In this document: positions 62,456-64,000 of the stretch, in pieces
Position numbering within the stretch: the stretch's first letter is position 1
Layout: each line of letters begins with the position of its first letter
Source: Macrostomum lignano
Lineage: Eukaryota
Length of the DNA stretch: 64,000 bases
Assembly: GCA_002269645.1 (NCBI GenBank)
Contig: NIVC01002647.1
Location: 89,147 to 153,146, forward strand
Direction of reading: 5' to 3'
Program-made: the position numbers and the translations under genes
Notes under the pieces: generated by a model
Database searches by the model: none
What the model was told of the DNA's origin: nothing
What the model saw: the letters and a program-made list of their open reading frames with translations, nothing else

Positions 62456-64000
62456 ATATACACCTCTAATGCAACAAGGCATGCCAGAGGTCTAAGGGAC
62501 AGTGCACTAGAGGGGCTAAGGGGTGGTTTGCCAGAAGGGCTAAGAGGCCATAATTCAAAAGGTGATATGTATTTTGGGATTTCTTGGTATACAACAAGGT
62601 AAAGGGTCTTACCATTTTTCAGCATATATCAAGGCATACCATGTACATAATATAATAAATACAGTACATGGTGTCAAATGACATTTTTTGTATTTGCATA
62701 TAAACCCAACATGCAAACAAGGTCTTGTCATTTTTTCTAGTATTAAACCTGGTATATACTAATACACAATCCAAACTATGGCTAAAAGGTAGGATGCCAA
62801 TGGATAGCACACCAAAGGGGTAGTGCATACTTGAAAGATGGCACATAGAAGTGTAGCTTACTTGTGCTATTCTTCTGGCTATACCAAATTGCCAAAGGCT
62901 TTTAACACCTATGTAGCATTAAGAAGATTGCCAATATATCATAGCAGTTTTAGTTCAAGAAACATTTTTATAATAGATAGTCTATAAACCCCTAGGCCAA
63001 AGTGAGGAGGCATGCAAAGTTATGCTTTTTCTGCAAATTTTTGCTTAGTGAAAAATATAAAACTACTTATTAGCTGAATAATAAAACTTATAAGACAATA
63101 AGGTAGACAGCTTAGGCAAGTTGGTCAAAGTTAATTCTATCATTTATTTAATATAATTTGCGTATTGTCCCCTAGATTGGCATTGTTTCACATGCAAAGT
63201 ATGTTATTCTTGGCGTGCATCTATGGACTTGGAGAATTTATTCCAATAGGGCAAAATAAAAATGTTAATAAAATAGACCAAATTTCAAAGTGATACTATG
63301 AAAACTATTACTTAATTGACAATTTAGTAAATATTCCATTTTTTGCCAAAGGCAAAGCCCTATTGCAGCCAAGGTTTAATGGCCATTGGCTGGAATAGAG
63401 ACAAAGTGCCAAGTGATAAAGTGATAAAACATTAAACATTAAAACATCATTAATTACCTTAACAAAACATAAGTAAATTTTTATAAATATACACTTAATG
63501 CCCCATATACAATACACATTTGGTAACAAAAAGGCTATTACCAAAATGGATGACCCCAAAGTGACTATCAATGAAATAACTGGTCCCCCTTAAAGCATAA
63601 GATTATAGATTGTCGAAGTCACTTGCTGGACCTCTTGGCTGCTATACCTCTATATTCTCCCTTGCTTCCATAGTCCTCTAGATGCAGAAACTGGATATGG
63701 AAACTGTGGGGTTCAAAAACCTTAATATCTATAACTTCCCATAGTCATATCCATAGCTATAGTGAAACTCCAATAGTGTTATGATTACATTTTTGTGTAT
63801 ACTACTGTACCAACAAACCATTTTTAGTAAATTGGATTCTTTAAAAACATATATAAATGATATCTTACCCAAAATCAATAACAAATGTTAGTAAGTGAAA
63901 AAAGGTAAATTAGTGAGTAAACAGCCGTTTCCATGTGCATATTTTTACTTGTTAGTTTCTGATTATAGACCTAATAATATTATAGGAAATTATAAGAAAA

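Noticed and set aside
62460-64000. Short ORFs in the AT-rich tail (also 31300-33100 and 34400-36660)
   Set aside because: Low-complexity AT-rich composition, alternative starts, and no motifs or splice support.

Overview
This is eukaryotic (invertebrate animal) genomic DNA. The GC-rich exons, minisatellite-stuffed introns and TE spectrum are reminiscent of the flatworm Macrostomum, but that is inference and was not verified. Positions 1-24.2 kb hold two spliced minus-strand host genes that can be rebuilt with canonical GT-AG junctions and consistent phases: FIBP (4 coding exons, ~377 aa) and an RNF145/TRC8-type membrane RING-H2 E3 ligase (5 exons found, first exon uncertain). Most of their larger introns and spacers are filled by different minisatellites, and FIBP intron 3 holds a three-level nest (SINE > hAT MITE > P-like MITE carrying a 19x46-bp array). 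Positions 24.6-64 kb are a transposon field: (1) an apparently intact 6.6-kb hAT-like element with a 7-exon, 1172-aa transposase; (2) a young 5.0-kb non-autonomous Gypsy-type LTR element; (3) an old 20.6-kb Gypsy element containing two Sola2-like elements and a mariner. The most unusual observations concern the two LTR families. Both carry an internal duplicate of their own LTR-end plus tRNA primer-binding-site junction 60-80 nt inside the LTR, and both carry an unknown accessory ORF with its own TATA box in the env position. Most ORFs in the supplied track over the repeats are artefacts. Family assignments rest on recalled motifs; no database search was run.
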